64,000 nt of DNA from Anaeromyxobacteraceae bacterium (GTDB lineage Bacteria; Myxococcota; Myxococcia; Myxococcales; Anaeromyxobacteraceae), in contig JASGHJ010000002.1 in assembly GCA_047602405.1 (NCBI GenBank), positions 384,001 to 448,000 on the forward strand, in the 5' to 3' direction. Under the pieces are notes generated by a model, which did not search any database, was not told the DNA's origin, and was given only the letters and a program-made list of their open reading frames with translations. Positions 9,235-18,257 of the stretch are shown one piece after another. The position numbers and the translations under genes were made by a program. How positions within the stretch are numbered: the stretch's first letter is position 1; each line of letters begins with the position of its first letter.

Positions 9235-9911
9235 GGCTTCTCACCTCTGGGCCGGCTGCGGCCCGGCTGACGTGGTCCGCGCCGGGGGGCACGGACGCCG
9301 CGGGCCCTTCGCCCGCGAAGGAAGGTCTCGAGCGCGCTCCAGACGCGCGGGGCAAGCGCCGCGACGGGCGTGCCGCCGTCGGCGAGGCGGCCGTGCCCGA
9401 GCGCGAGCAGGGCGCCGAGGAGCACGACCGCGGCCTCCTCCACGCCGAGCTCCGGCGCGAGGAGGCCGGCCCCGTGCGCTTCGGAGAGGCACTCGCGCAC
9501 GAAGCCGGTGGAGCGGCGGCGGAAGCCGGCGACCCGCCGCACGCCGGCGGCCGAGCCCGCCTTCGCGAGCTCGTCGCCGGCCACGAGGGACGAGATCCCC
9601 GGGTTGTCCCGGATGACCAGCACCCGGCGCTGGAAGAACGCGCCCAGCCGCTCGACGGGGTCGGCGTCCCGGGGCGGGAAGCCGTCGAAGAGGAGCTCCT
9701 CGACCCGATCGATGGCCGCGGCGACGATCGCCTCCTTCGACGGGAAGTGCCGGAAGAGCGCCGCGTCGCTGAGGCCGAGCTCCCGGGCGATCGCGAGCGC
9801 GGTGAAGCCGCCCACGCCTCGCGCGGCGATGACCCGCAGCGCCGCGTCCGCGATCTCGCGGCGCCGATCCTCGGTGGGCTTGCGGGGGACCCGCTCCGGG
9901 CGAGCGTCCAT
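9231..9911 (-). CDS. TetR/AcrR family regulator
   Basis: HTH region IARELGLSDAALFRHFPSKE. ATGA overlap with the next gene. Confidence 0.92.
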   Translation of the reverse strand: MDARPERVPRKPTEDRRREIADAALRVIAARGVGGFTALAIARELGLSDAALFRHFPSKEAIVAAAIDRVEELLFDGFPPRDADPVERLGAFFQRRVLVIRDNPGISSLVAGDELAKAGSAAGVRRVAGFRRRSTGFVRECLSEAHGAGLLAPELGVEEAAVVLLGALLALGHGRLADGGTPVAALAPRVWSALETFLRGRRARGVRAPRRGPRQPGRSRPRGEKP

Positions 9912-9929
9912 GCCGGGCAGTATGAAGTA

Positions 9930-9943
9930 AGTGAGTACTCACT
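9930..9943. promoter_or_regulatory. perfect 14-bp palindrome AGTGAGTACTCACT, putative TetR operator
   Basis: AT-rich palindrome about 20 bp upstream of the TetR ATG, in a divergent intergenic region. Confidence 0.75.
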
Positions 9944-10058
9944 AGCAAGACCCTCGCGGGCGGGAGGACGGTCGCCGGGCGGGTTTGCCGGCCCCGGCCG
10001 GGGAGGGCTCCCCGTCCTGGCCGTGTAACCCGGCCTTCCGCCGGGCATCCAAGGGTGC

Positions 10059-11192
10059 ATGGAGACGTTCAGGTACCTCATCGTGGGCGCCGGCATGACG
10101 GCGCACGCCGCGGCGAGCGCGATCCGGGGCGCCGACCCGTCCGCCGCGATCGCGATGCTCGGCGACGAGCCTGTGGGCCCGTATGCCCGGCCGCCGCTCT
10201 CGAAGGCGCTCTGGACGGGCCAGGAGGAGCGCACGATTCTGGCTCCCGCCGGTGGAGGGGCTCACGCTCCGGACGGACGCCTCGGTCGCCGCCATCGACC
10301 CGGCCAGCCGAAGGGTCCGGCTGCGGAGCGGAGAGGAGCTCGGCTACGAGCGGCTCCTGCTGGCGACCGGCGGGACGCCCCGGCGCGTGCCCGCGTGGGG
10401 CGACGGCGTGGTGTACTTCCGGACCATCGCGGACCAGCGCAGGCTGCGCGCGCTCCCGGTGGGGAGCCGCGTGGTGGTCGTCGGCGGCGGGTTCATCGGG
10501 TCGGAGCTCGCCGCGTCGCTCACGACCGCCGGGTACCGCGTCACGCTGGTCTTCCCCGAGGACGGCATCGGGGCCCGGCTCTTCCCGCGCGACCTCTCGG
10601 CGCACGTGACCCGGGACTACGGGCAGCGCGGCGTCGACGTGCGCCCGCGCGAGCGGGTCCTGGGCGTCGCGCCGCGCGGGGACCGCTCGGTCGTGACGCT
10701 CGGTGGAGGCGAGGTGACGGCGGAGCTCGTGGTCGCGGGGCTCGGGCTCGCGCCGAACACCGCCCTCGCGGAGCAGGCCGGGCTCGCGGTGGACGACGGC
10801 ATCGTGGTCGACGAGCACCTCCGGACGTCCGCCCCGGACGTCTGGGCCGCGGGCGACGTGGCGCGGTTCCCGTCGGCCGTGCTCGGCGGGAAGGTCCGCT
10901 TCGAGCACGAGGACAACGCGCTCACGATGGGCCGCCACGCGGGGCTGTCGATGGCCGGGGCGGCGGAGCCCTACCGCCACCTGCCCTTCTTCTACTCGGA
11001 CCTCTTCGACGCCGGCTACGAGGCCGTGGGCACGCTCGACTCGCGCCTCGAGGTCGTGGCGGACTGGGAGGAGCCGTTCAGGAAGGGCGTCCTCGAGTAC
11101 CGCGACGCGGGCCGCGCCGTCGGCGTGCTGACGTGGGGATCTTCGGCCAGATGGAGGAGGCGCGCGCCCGGCTGCGCGCGGCCGCCGCGTAG
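10059..11192 (+). CDS. FAD/NAD-dependent oxidoreductase (ferredoxin reductase family) with two compensating frameshifts (~10237, ~11138)
   Basis: IVGAG and PYARPPLSK are in frame 1. LLLATGG, VVGGGFIG, AAGDVA and PFFYSDLF are in the shifted frame. The C-terminus returns to frame 1. Confidence 0.85.
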   Translation: METFRYLIVGAGMTAHAAASAIRGADPSAAIAMLGDEPVGPYARPPLSKALWTGQEERTILAPAGGGAHAPDGRLGRRHRPGQPKGPAAERRGARLRAAPAGDRRDAPARARVGRRRGVLPDHRGPAQAARAPGGEPRGGRRRRVHRVGARRVAHDRRVPRHAGLPRGRHRGPALPARPLGARDPGLRAARRRRAPARAGPGRRAARGPLGRDARWRRGDGGARGRGARARAEHRPRGAGRARGGRRHRGRRAPPDVRPGRLGRGRRGAVPVGRARREGPLRARGQRAHDGPPRGAVDGRGGGALPPPALLLLGPLRRRLRGRGHARLAPRGRGGLGGAVQEGRPRVPRRGPRRRRADVGIFGQMEEARARLRAAAA

Positions 11193-11198
11193 GTCCGA

Positions 11199-11450
11199 TC
11201 AGCGCCGGAGCTCCCAGCGCCGCGGCGCGATCATGGGATCCACGACCATCGGCAGCCCCAGGAACTTCGTGCCGGGCTCCGGGTCGTACCCGTAGACGAG
11301 CCTGGCGTGCTCCGGCGCCAGGACGAGGACGCACCGCGCGTCCGTCGTCCGGACGCTCGCGAGCGCCTCCAGGATCTCCTGCCGAGCCGAAGCGCGCCGG
11401 GAATGGCGCACGCGTCCCTGCCCGACGTCGTCGTGAACCGAGCCGCCCAT
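11199..11450 (-). CDS. small hypothetical protein
   Basis: The 3' half has plausible codon usage. Start uncertain. Confidence 0.4.
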   Translation of the reverse strand: MGGSVHDDVGQGRVRHSRRASARQEILEALASVRTTDARCVLVLAPEHARLVYGYDPEPGTKFLGLPMVVDPMIAPRRWELRR

Positions 11451-11599
11451 CGTCCCCCCCGGGGTGCCTGCCTTCCATCTGGGAGGGGAGGGCGGCCTGT
11501 TCGTGACGGCCCACCGCCCGGGGAGCGGGATCAGAGCGGGGAATGGGACTCAGGGTGCAGTGGCGCGACGCTCCGAGGCAGCGCGCGAGGGCGGCGCTC

Positions 11600-11998
11600 T
11601 CACTCCTCGTCCTCATCGAACACGAGCCCGCGGTGCTGCGCGTCCCTCACCATCCGGTCGAGGAGCCGACGCACGTGCTGCGCGAGCTCGGCGTCGTCGC
11701 CGGCGGGCTCGGGCGCGCGCGGACCGCCGGCGAGGAGCGCGAACGCGGTCCACTCGAGCGGCGCGATGCCGAGCCACTCGTCCCGCCGATGGCCGTCGGC
11801 GCTCGCGCGGAACCGCTCCAGGTCGACGCCGACGGGCCGCAGCTGGAGGTAGCGGCCGCGCGGGTCGCGCCGCACGTCGACCGCCCAGTGCCGCCGGGCG
11901 GAGTCCTGGAGCTCGACCGTCCCGAGGGGGCCGGACGCCGCGCCGAGCGCAGCACGGGCCGGGTGGCGGGCGACGAGCTCCTCGAGCGAGAGCGGCAT
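11600..11998 (-). CDS. hypothetical protein
   Basis: GGAGGA RBS plus ATG, typical codon usage. Confidence 0.7.
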   Translation of the reverse strand: MPLSLEELVARHPARAALGAASGPLGTVELQDSARRHWAVDVRRDPRGRYLQLRPVGVDLERFRASADGHRRDEWLGIAPLEWTAFALLAGGPRAPEPAGDDAELAQHVRRLLDRMVRDAQHRGLVFDEDEE

Positions 11999-12123
11999 GG
12001 GGTTCCTCCTGGCCGGCGGCGCGGCGCGATGCGACCCCAGATACGCGCGCCGCGCGCCGGCGGCAAGCGAGGTCCACTCACATGGCCCGATCGGGCGCCC
12101 GGAGGCGCTATCCTCGCGTCCGC

Positions 12124-12546
12124 ATGGCCCCTGCCTCCGACGAACCGTGCCCCTGCGGCGGCGCGCGCTACGCGAGCTGCTGCGGCCCGCGCCACGACGG
12201 CTCGCGGCCGGCCGAGACCGCCGTGGCGCTCATGCGCTCGCGCTACTCGGCCTTCGCCCACTGCCTCCCGGACTACCTCCTCGCCACGCACGCCGCCCCG
12301 GCGACCGCCGAGGAGCGGCGGGCGCTCGAGGCGGCCGCCGCCGCGGTGACCTGGCTCGGCCTCACCGTCCACCGCACCGAGGCCGGCGGTCCTGCGGACG
12401 ACCACGGCGTGGTGGAGTTCACGGCGCGCTCCCGAGACGACCGGTTCAGCTACGCGCTCCGCGAGCGCTCCCGGTTCCGGCGGGTCGACGGGCGGTGGCT
12501 CTACGTCGACGGTGAGTCGAAGGTGAAGCGCACGCCGATGCCCTGA
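12124..12546 (+). CDS. ychJ: YchJ family (SEC-C / UPF0225) protein
   Basis: CPCG...CC, LMRSRYSAF, VEF, ERSRF and WLYVDG motifs. Confidence 0.9.
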   Translation: MAPASDEPCPCGGARYASCCGPRHDGSRPAETAVALMRSRYSAFAHCLPDYLLATHAAPATAEERRALEAAAAAVTWLGLTVHRTEAGGPADDHGVVEFTARSRDDRFSYALRERSRFRRVDGRWLYVDGESKVKRTPMP

Positions 12547-12604
12547 GCGAGCGCCGCGGCCGGGCCCGGCCGGGCGGCCGGCCTTGCCGTAAGATGCCGC
12601 CGCC

Positions 12605-13993
12605 ATGGCCCTCGACCTCTCGCCGACCGAGTTCCGCGCGCTCGCGGACCAGCTCACCTCCCTCGCGGCGGAGTACCTGGAGCGCCTCGACGCGCGCCCG
12701 ATCCGGCCCGAGGTCTCCGGCGAGCAGCTGGAGCACCTGCTCGGCGGACCCGCGCCGCGGCAGGGCCGGCGCAGCGAGGTCGTGGCGCTCCTGCGCGGCG
12801 TGGTCGAGGGCGCCCGCGCGCAGAACGGCCGGTTCCTCGGCTACGTGATGGGCTCCGGAGAGCCCGCGGGCGCCGCGGCCGACCTGCTCGCGAGCGTGCT
12901 CAACCAGAACCTCACCGCGTGGCGCTCGTCGCCGGCGGGCGTCACCCTCGAGCGCACCGTCGTGCGGTGGCTCGCGGAGGCCATCGGCTGCGCGGGCTTC
13001 ACCGGGAGCCTCACCGGCGGCGGCTCCTCGGCGAACCTCATGGGGCTCGCGATGGCCCGGGAGGCGAAGGCGCCCGCCAACGAGCGCGGCCGCGCCGAGG
13101 GCGTGGTGTACGCCTCCGAGCAGGTCCACATGTCGATCCCGAAGGCGGTCGCGCTGCTCGGGCTCGGCCGCGAGAACCTCCGCCTCGTGCCCACCGACCC
13201 GGCGCTCCGGCTGCGGCCCGACGCGCTGGAGGCCCTGATCGCGCGGGATCGCGCCGCCGGCCGGACGCCAATCGCGGTGGTCGCCTCGGCGGGGACCGTC
13301 GCGACGGGCGCCATCGACCCGCTCCCGGCCGTCGCCGACCTCGCGGCGCGGGAGGGGCTCTGGCTCCACGTCGACGGCGCGTACGGCGCGCTCGCGGCGA
13401 TGGCCGCCCCGGAGCGCTTCGAGGGGCTCGCGCGCGCCGACTCCCTCTCGCTCGACGCGCACAAGTGGCTGTACCAGGCGGTCGACTGCGGGTGCCTGCT
13501 CTTCAGGGATCGCGCCGCCGCGCGGCGGGCGTTCTCGCACACGGGCGACTACACGCGCTCCTTCACCGAGGATCCGCTCGAGGGGTTCGCCTTCTTCGAG
13601 GAGTCGCTGGAGCTCTCGCGGCGCTTCCGCGCGCTCCGGCTCTGGACCTCGCTCCAGTACCACGGCCTCGACGCCTTCCGGGACGCGGTGCGGCGCGATC
13701 TCTCGCACGCGGTGGCGCTCGCCGGGGCCGTCGAGCGCGAGCCGTCGCTCGAGCTGCTCGCGCCGGCCGGCCTGAGCGCGGTCTGCTTCCGCCACCGCTT
13801 CGCGGCAGACGCGGACGCGCGGAACCTCGCGCTCCTCGAGGCGGTGAACCGGCGCGGGCGGGTCTACCTCTCGAACGCCACCGTCCGCGGGTGCTTCGCG
13901 CTGCGCGCCTGCTTCGTGAACCACCGGACCACCGACGAGGACGTGCGGACGGTCGTCGACGAGGTGCTCGCGGCGGCGCGCGCGCTCGGCTGA
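12605..13993 (+). CDS. PLP-dependent group II amino-acid decarboxylase
   Basis: GGSSAN, LHVDGAYG, DAHKW (PLP lysine) and LSRRFRAL motifs. Confidence 0.92.
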   Translation: MALDLSPTEFRALADQLTSLAAEYLERLDARPIRPEVSGEQLEHLLGGPAPRQGRRSEVVALLRGVVEGARAQNGRFLGYVMGSGEPAGAAADLLASVLNQNLTAWRSSPAGVTLERTVVRWLAEAIGCAGFTGSLTGGGSSANLMGLAMAREAKAPANERGRAEGVVYASEQVHMSIPKAVALLGLGRENLRLVPTDPALRLRPDALEALIARDRAAGRTPIAVVASAGTVATGAIDPLPAVADLAAREGLWLHVDGAYGALAAMAAPERFEGLARADSLSLDAHKWLYQAVDCGCLLFRDRAAARRAFSHTGDYTRSFTEDPLEGFAFFEESLELSRRFRALRLWTSLQYHGLDAFRDAVRRDLSHAVALAGAVEREPSLELLAPAGLSAVCFRHRFAADADARNLALLEAVNRRGRVYLSNATVRGCFALRACFVNHRTTDEDVRTVVDEVLAAARALG

Positions 13994-13995
13994 GC

Positions 13996-14562
13996 TCAGG
14001 CCTCCCGGAGCGCGGCCCAGCCCGACGCGGCGCCGAACACGAAGAAGAGGCTCGCCGCGCCCACGCGGATCCACTTCAGGGAGACCTTCTCTGCGAGCTT
14101 CTCGCCCAGGAACACGGCGAGGCCGTCGGACGCGAGCATGCCGAGGGTGGTGCCGGTGGTCACGAGGAGCACCGACTGGTAGCGCGCGGCGAGGGCGACG
14201 GTCGCGAGCTGGGTCTTGTCCGCCATCTCGGCCAGGAAGAAGAGCACGGTGGTCGTGACGAACGGGCCGAAGCGATCCGGCTTCGTGTCCTCGTCGAGCG
14301 TGTCGGGCTTGAGCGTCCAGAGCCCGAACCCGATGAAGGTGACCGCGAGGAAACCGGCCATGACGCGGGGTGGCACGTGGGCCGAGATCCAGGCGCCCAC
14401 CCCCGCGGCGAGCGCGTGGTTGAGCACCGTCGCCGCGAGGATGCCGCCCATGACCACCCAGGGCCGCCGGTACTTGCTCGCGAGCGCGAGGGCGAGGAGC
14501 TGGGTCTTGTCGCCCATCTCGCTGACGGCGACGAGGAAGAAGGAGCTGACGATGGCGTCCAC
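13996..14562 (-). CDS. TMEM165/GDT1 (UPF0016) Mn/Ca transporter
   Basis: Two copies of the E-x-G/A-DKTQ motif (EMGDKTQ, EMADKTQ). Confidence 0.93.
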   Translation of the reverse strand: MDAIVSSFFLVAVSEMGDKTQLLALALASKYRRPWVVMGGILAATVLNHALAAGVGAWISAHVPPRVMAGFLAVTFIGFGLWTLKPDTLDEDTKPDRFGPFVTTTVLFFLAEMADKTQLATVALAARYQSVLLVTTGTTLGMLASDGLAVFLGEKLAEKVSLKWIRVGAASLFFVFGAASGWAALREA

Positions 14563-14705
14563 GGGCGGGAGGTTCCTCTCGGAGGGCGCGGGAGACTACC
14601 AGCGGCGGCGCGGGGCCAGCAATCGAAGATCCGAACGCCGTGCGCGGCCGCCGGGGTCGCCTTAGCACTCCAGGCTGCGGTGAACCTCCTCGAAGGAGCG
14701 GCCGG

Positions 14706-15182
14706 ATGAAGGGCGATCCCGGGATCATCGACCTCTTGAACCAGCTCCTCGCGGTCGAGCTGACGGCGGTCCACCAGTACCTCTTGCACGCCCGCATGTG
14801 CGAGAACTGGGGCTACGAGCCGCTGTTCAAGAAGATCCACGGAGAGTGGCACGAGGAGGCCGAGCACGCCGACCACCTCGTGCAGCGGATCCTCTTCCTC
14901 GAGGGCACCCCGGACCTCTCGCGCATGCACCCCATCACCGCGGGCGCGTCCGTCGAGGAGCAGTTCCGCGCCGACCTCGGCATCGAGAGCGGGGCGGTCG
15001 GGGCGCTCAACAAGGGCATCGCGCTCTGCCAGCGGACCGGCGACAACGGCACGGCGGAGCTCCTCGAGCAGATCCTGAAGGACACCGAGGAGCACGCCCA
15101 CTGGCTGGAGAAGCAGCTCACGGCCATCCAGCAGCTGGGCGCCCCCCGCTACCTCGCGGAGCAATTGAACGCTCAGTCCTGA
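14706..15182 (+). CDS. bfr: bacterioferritin
   Basis: MKGD start, ELTAVHQYLLH, EEAEHAD, RILFLEG and EEH ferroxidase ligands. Confidence 0.93.
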   Translation: MKGDPGIIDLLNQLLAVELTAVHQYLLHARMCENWGYEPLFKKIHGEWHEEAEHADHLVQRILFLEGTPDLSRMHPITAGASVEEQFRADLGIESGAVGALNKGIALCQRTGDNGTAELLEQILKDTEEHAHWLEKQLTAIQQLGAPRYLAEQLNAQS

Positions 15183-15247
15183 CGCAAGCCGTGCGCCGGG
15201 GCGGCGGGTTGCGTCGGCTTCCCGCGAGCCATTAGGATGCCCTCCGC

Positions 15248-15568
15248 GTGCGCTGGCTCCTCGTCCTCATCCTCGTCACGGGCCTCGCCCCCGACCTCGC
15301 CGAGGTCGCGGAGGCCGTGGTCCACGTGGCGACCGAGGGGCACGCCCCGCACACCGCCACGGACCCTTGCGGCAGCGAGCGCGGGGGCGAGCACGGCTGC
15401 GGCACGACCCTGCACCACTGCTCGTGCTGCCCGAGCCAGGCGCTCGGCACGGGCCGCGAGGTCGTGCGGGTGACCCGACAGGACCTCCCGCAGGAGCCGG
15501 TCGCCGCGGTCCGCACGCTCGAGTCGGGCGGCGAGCCCACCCGGCTGTTCCGCCCTCCGATCGGCTGA
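15248..15568 (+). CDS. small His/Cys-rich protein upstream of the metal RND genes (CzcI-like position)
   Basis: EHGCGTTLHHCSCC motif and C-terminal RPPI. Confidence 0.7.
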   Translation: MRWLLVLILVTGLAPDLAEVAEAVVHVATEGHAPHTATDPCGSERGGEHGCGTTLHHCSCCPSQALGTGREVVRVTRQDLPQEPVAAVRTLESGGEPTRLFRPPIG

Positions 15569-15687
15569 GCCGGAAGAGGTCGCCGTGAGCTCCGGCGGGC
15601 CGCGCGCCCGCCGCGGGCTCGCGCCCCGGTGGACCGCGCGCAGGCGCGGTCCCGCTCATCCGTGCATCGGAGTCGCTCGTGACGAAC

Positions 15688-16893
15688 ATGAGGAAGGTGG
15701 CGTGCGCCCTCGCGCTCGCCGCGGCAGGGCCGGCGTGGGCCGCGGACGCGGCGCCTGCCGGGAAGGTGATCCGCTGGGCGGACGTGTGGTCCGCGATCGA
15801 TCGAGACCCGCGGCTCGCCTCGGCGCGCGCGCGGGCCGAGGGGGCGCAGGGCGCGCTCACCGCGGCCGGTACGCCGCCGAACCCGGAGGTGGAGGCGCAG
15901 CTGGGCCGCGGACTCGCGCGGGAGGGCGGCGCCCACCGCGACGAGTGGGGCCTCGCCCTCACGCTCCCGCTCGACTGGCTCACCCGGCGCGGCCCGGCCG
16001 TGGCGGCAGCCCGGGCGACCGTCGAGGAACTCCGCGCCGAGGCCGAGGCGCTGCGCGCCGACGTCGGGACCGAGCTGTGGGGCCTGTACGTGGCGGCCGA
16101 CGCGGGGACCCGCGAGGCGGAGGCGCTCGTCGCGACCCGGGACCAGGTCGAGGCGCTGGCCCGGCTCGTCCGGCGCCGGGTGGAGGCGGGGGAGGGCAGG
16201 CCGGTCGAGGTGCCGCGGGTCGAGCTCGAGCTCGAGCGGGTCCGCGCCGAGGTCGACGCGGCGGCGTCGGCGCGGGACGCCGCGCTCGCGCAGCTGGGCG
16301 TCTGGCTGGGAGGGCCGGTGAGCCGGGTGGAGCCCGCCCCCGCGCTCCCGGTGCCGGCCGCACCCGGCGCGCCCGCGCGCCACCCCAGGGTCCGGGCCGC
16401 GGCGGCGCGGGCCGCCGTCGCGGGCGCGGAGGCCTCGGCGGCGAGGTGGTCCCGGGTCCCGGCGCTCGCGGTCGCCGTCTTCACCGCGAGCGAGCTCGAT
16501 CGCGAGGCCCACGGCGGCCGCGTCACCGTGGAGCTGCCGCTCTGGAACTGGAGGACCGGCGAGGTCCGCCGCGCGGAGGCGCTCGCGGCGGCGGAGGCGA
16601 GCCGGGCGGAGGCCGAGCGGCGCGGCCTCGAGGCGGCCCTCGCGGCGGCCGAGGCGTCCTGCGGCCGGGCCCGCTCCGCGGAGGAGCGCCAGCGCACCGG
16701 CGTCCTGCCGCGCGCCGAGGAGTCGGCGCGGGTGCTCGAGCGGACCTTCCAGCTCGGGGAGACCGGGATCCTCGACGTCATCGACGCCAGGCGGGTGCTG
16801 CTCGAGGCCCGGCGCGCCGCGCTCGCGAGCGCGCGCGACCGCGACCTCGCCTGCGGGTCGCTCATCCTCCTCACCTCCGGAGCGCTGCCATGA
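15688..16893 (+). CDS. TolC/CzcC-type outer membrane factor
   Basis: Signal peptide, PNPEV, LPLWNW and FQLGETGILDVIDARR motifs. Confidence 0.88.
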   Translation: MRKVACALALAAAGPAWAADAAPAGKVIRWADVWSAIDRDPRLASARARAEGAQGALTAAGTPPNPEVEAQLGRGLAREGGAHRDEWGLALTLPLDWLTRRGPAVAAARATVEELRAEAEALRADVGTELWGLYVAADAGTREAEALVATRDQVEALARLVRRRVEAGEGRPVEVPRVELELERVRAEVDAAASARDAALAQLGVWLGGPVSRVEPAPALPVPAAPGAPARHPRVRAAAARAAVAGAEASAARWSRVPALAVAVFTASELDREAHGGRVTVELPLWNWRTGEVRRAEALAAAEASRAEAERRGLEAALAAAEASCGRARSAEERQRTGVLPRAEESARVLERTFQLGETGILDVIDARRVLLEARRAALASARDRDLACGSLILLTSGALP

Positions 16894-18248
16894 ACCGTTC
16901 GTACCTGACCCTCGCGGCCCTCGCGGCCGTCCTCGCCGGCGGCGCGTGCCGTCGCGGCGAGCCCCCCGCCGCGTCCCCCGCCGCCGGGCAGCCCCCTGGC
17001 CTGCCGGAGGACGTACACGAACACGCCCGCGCGCCGGAGGACGCGCACGACCACGCCGGCGAGGCGGAGCGCTCCGACCTGGACCGCCCGGTCGACGAGC
17101 TCCTCGCGCTCACGTGCGAGCACGGCAAGAAGACGTTCGAGTGCGACGAGTGCCGGTACGAGGTCGGCGTGGTGCGCGTGCCGGCGAAGCTCGTCGACGG
17201 GGGCCTCGTCCGGAAGGCGTCCGCCGCGCGGCGGCGGGTCGAGGCGCCCATCACCCTCACCGGTGAGGTCCGGTTCGACGAGCGGCGGGTCGCCCACGTC
17301 TCGCCTCGCATCGAGGGGACGATCCGGAAGGTCCACGCCTCCCTCGGCGAGCACGTCCGCCGCGGTCAGGCGCTCGTGGAGCTCGAGAGCGTCCCGCTCG
17401 GCGAGGCCGAGAGCGACTACCTCTCCGCCCAGGCGACGCTCCGGCTGGCGCGCGCGAGCGCCGAGCGGCAGGAGCACCTCCGCCAGGAGCAGATCTCCTC
17501 CGAGAAGGAGCACCTCGCCGCGCGCCAGGAGCTCGAGGCGGCCCAGATCCGCGCGCGGGCGGCCGAGGCGAAGCTCTCCAGGCTCGGCGTCGGGGACGGG
17601 GACCTGGCGCGGCTCGGCGCCGGGGGCCAGCGTGCCGGAGGCGGCGGGCTCGTGATCCGCGCGCCCGCCGGAGGCATCGTGCTCGAGATGCACGCCGTCC
17701 CCGGCGAGCTCGTGAAGGCGGACGAGAGCATCGTGACGGTGGGGGACGTGTCGTCGGTGTGGGTGTGGGCAGACCTCCTCGAGGATCAGCTCGGCCGCGT
17801 GCTCGAGGCCCAGCGCGACGGGAGGCTGCGCGCCGAGATCGGCGTGAAGGCGTTCCCGGAGGTCGCGTTCCAGGGGACCGTGGAGTTCGTCGGCCCGTCG
17901 ATGGACGAGCGGACGCGGACCGTGAAGGTGCGCGTCTCGGTGGCGAACCCCGACGCGAGGCTCCGCGCCGGGATGTTCGCGAGCGTCCGGATGTTCCTGC
18001 CCGGGCCCCAGGAGGCGCTCGCCGTGCCTGCCGCCGCGGTCATGGCCGACGAGGGCCGCACCTTCGTCTTCGTCCACCACCACGGGGACTTCTGGATCCG
18101 GCGGCCCATCGAGCCGGGGCGGCGGTGGGGCGAGTGGGTCGAGGTGAAGGAGGGCCTGCAGGGGGCGGAGACGCTCGCCGCCGACGGGGCCTTCCTCCTG
18201 AAGTCGGACGTGCTGCGCTCGAAGATGGGCGCGGGCTGCGCGGACTAG
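16890..18248 (+). CDS. RND periplasmic adaptor (CzcB-like lipoprotein)
   Basis: ATGA overlap, lipobox-like GGAC, His-rich region plus CEH..CDEC, IRAP and LRAGMF motifs. Confidence 0.9.
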   Translation: MNRSYLTLAALAAVLAGGACRRGEPPAASPAAGQPPGLPEDVHEHARAPEDAHDHAGEAERSDLDRPVDELLALTCEHGKKTFECDECRYEVGVVRVPAKLVDGGLVRKASAARRRVEAPITLTGEVRFDERRVAHVSPRIEGTIRKVHASLGEHVRRGQALVELESVPLGEAESDYLSAQATLRLARASAERQEHLRQEQISSEKEHLAARQELEAAQIRARAAEAKLSRLGVGDGDLARLGAGGQRAGGGGLVIRAPAGGIVLEMHAVPGELVKADESIVTVGDVSSVWVWADLLEDQLGRVLEAQRDGRLRAEIGVKAFPEVAFQGTVEFVGPSMDERTRTVKVRVSVANPDARLRAGMFASVRMFLPGPQEALAVPAAAVMADEGRTFVFVHHHGDFWIRRPIEPGRRWGEWVEVKEGLQGAETLAADGAFLLKSDVLRSKMGAGCAD

Positions 18249-18257
18249 GGGCGCACG

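Noticed and set aside
10059..11192. Programmed frameshifting or true pseudogenisation of the oxidoreductase and three other genes
   Set aside because: There are no slippery sites and no other decay, and all indels sit at GATC, so systematic sequencing error is more parsimonious.
14662..14670. TTAGCACTC, a CIRCE half-site upstream of bfr
   Set aside because: The second arm GAGTGCTAA is absent at the 9-bp spacing.
14563..14705. yybP-ykoY Mn riboswitch expected upstream of the GDT1 gene
   Set aside because: The conserved motifs were not recognisable by eye. An Rfam/Infernal scan would be decisive.
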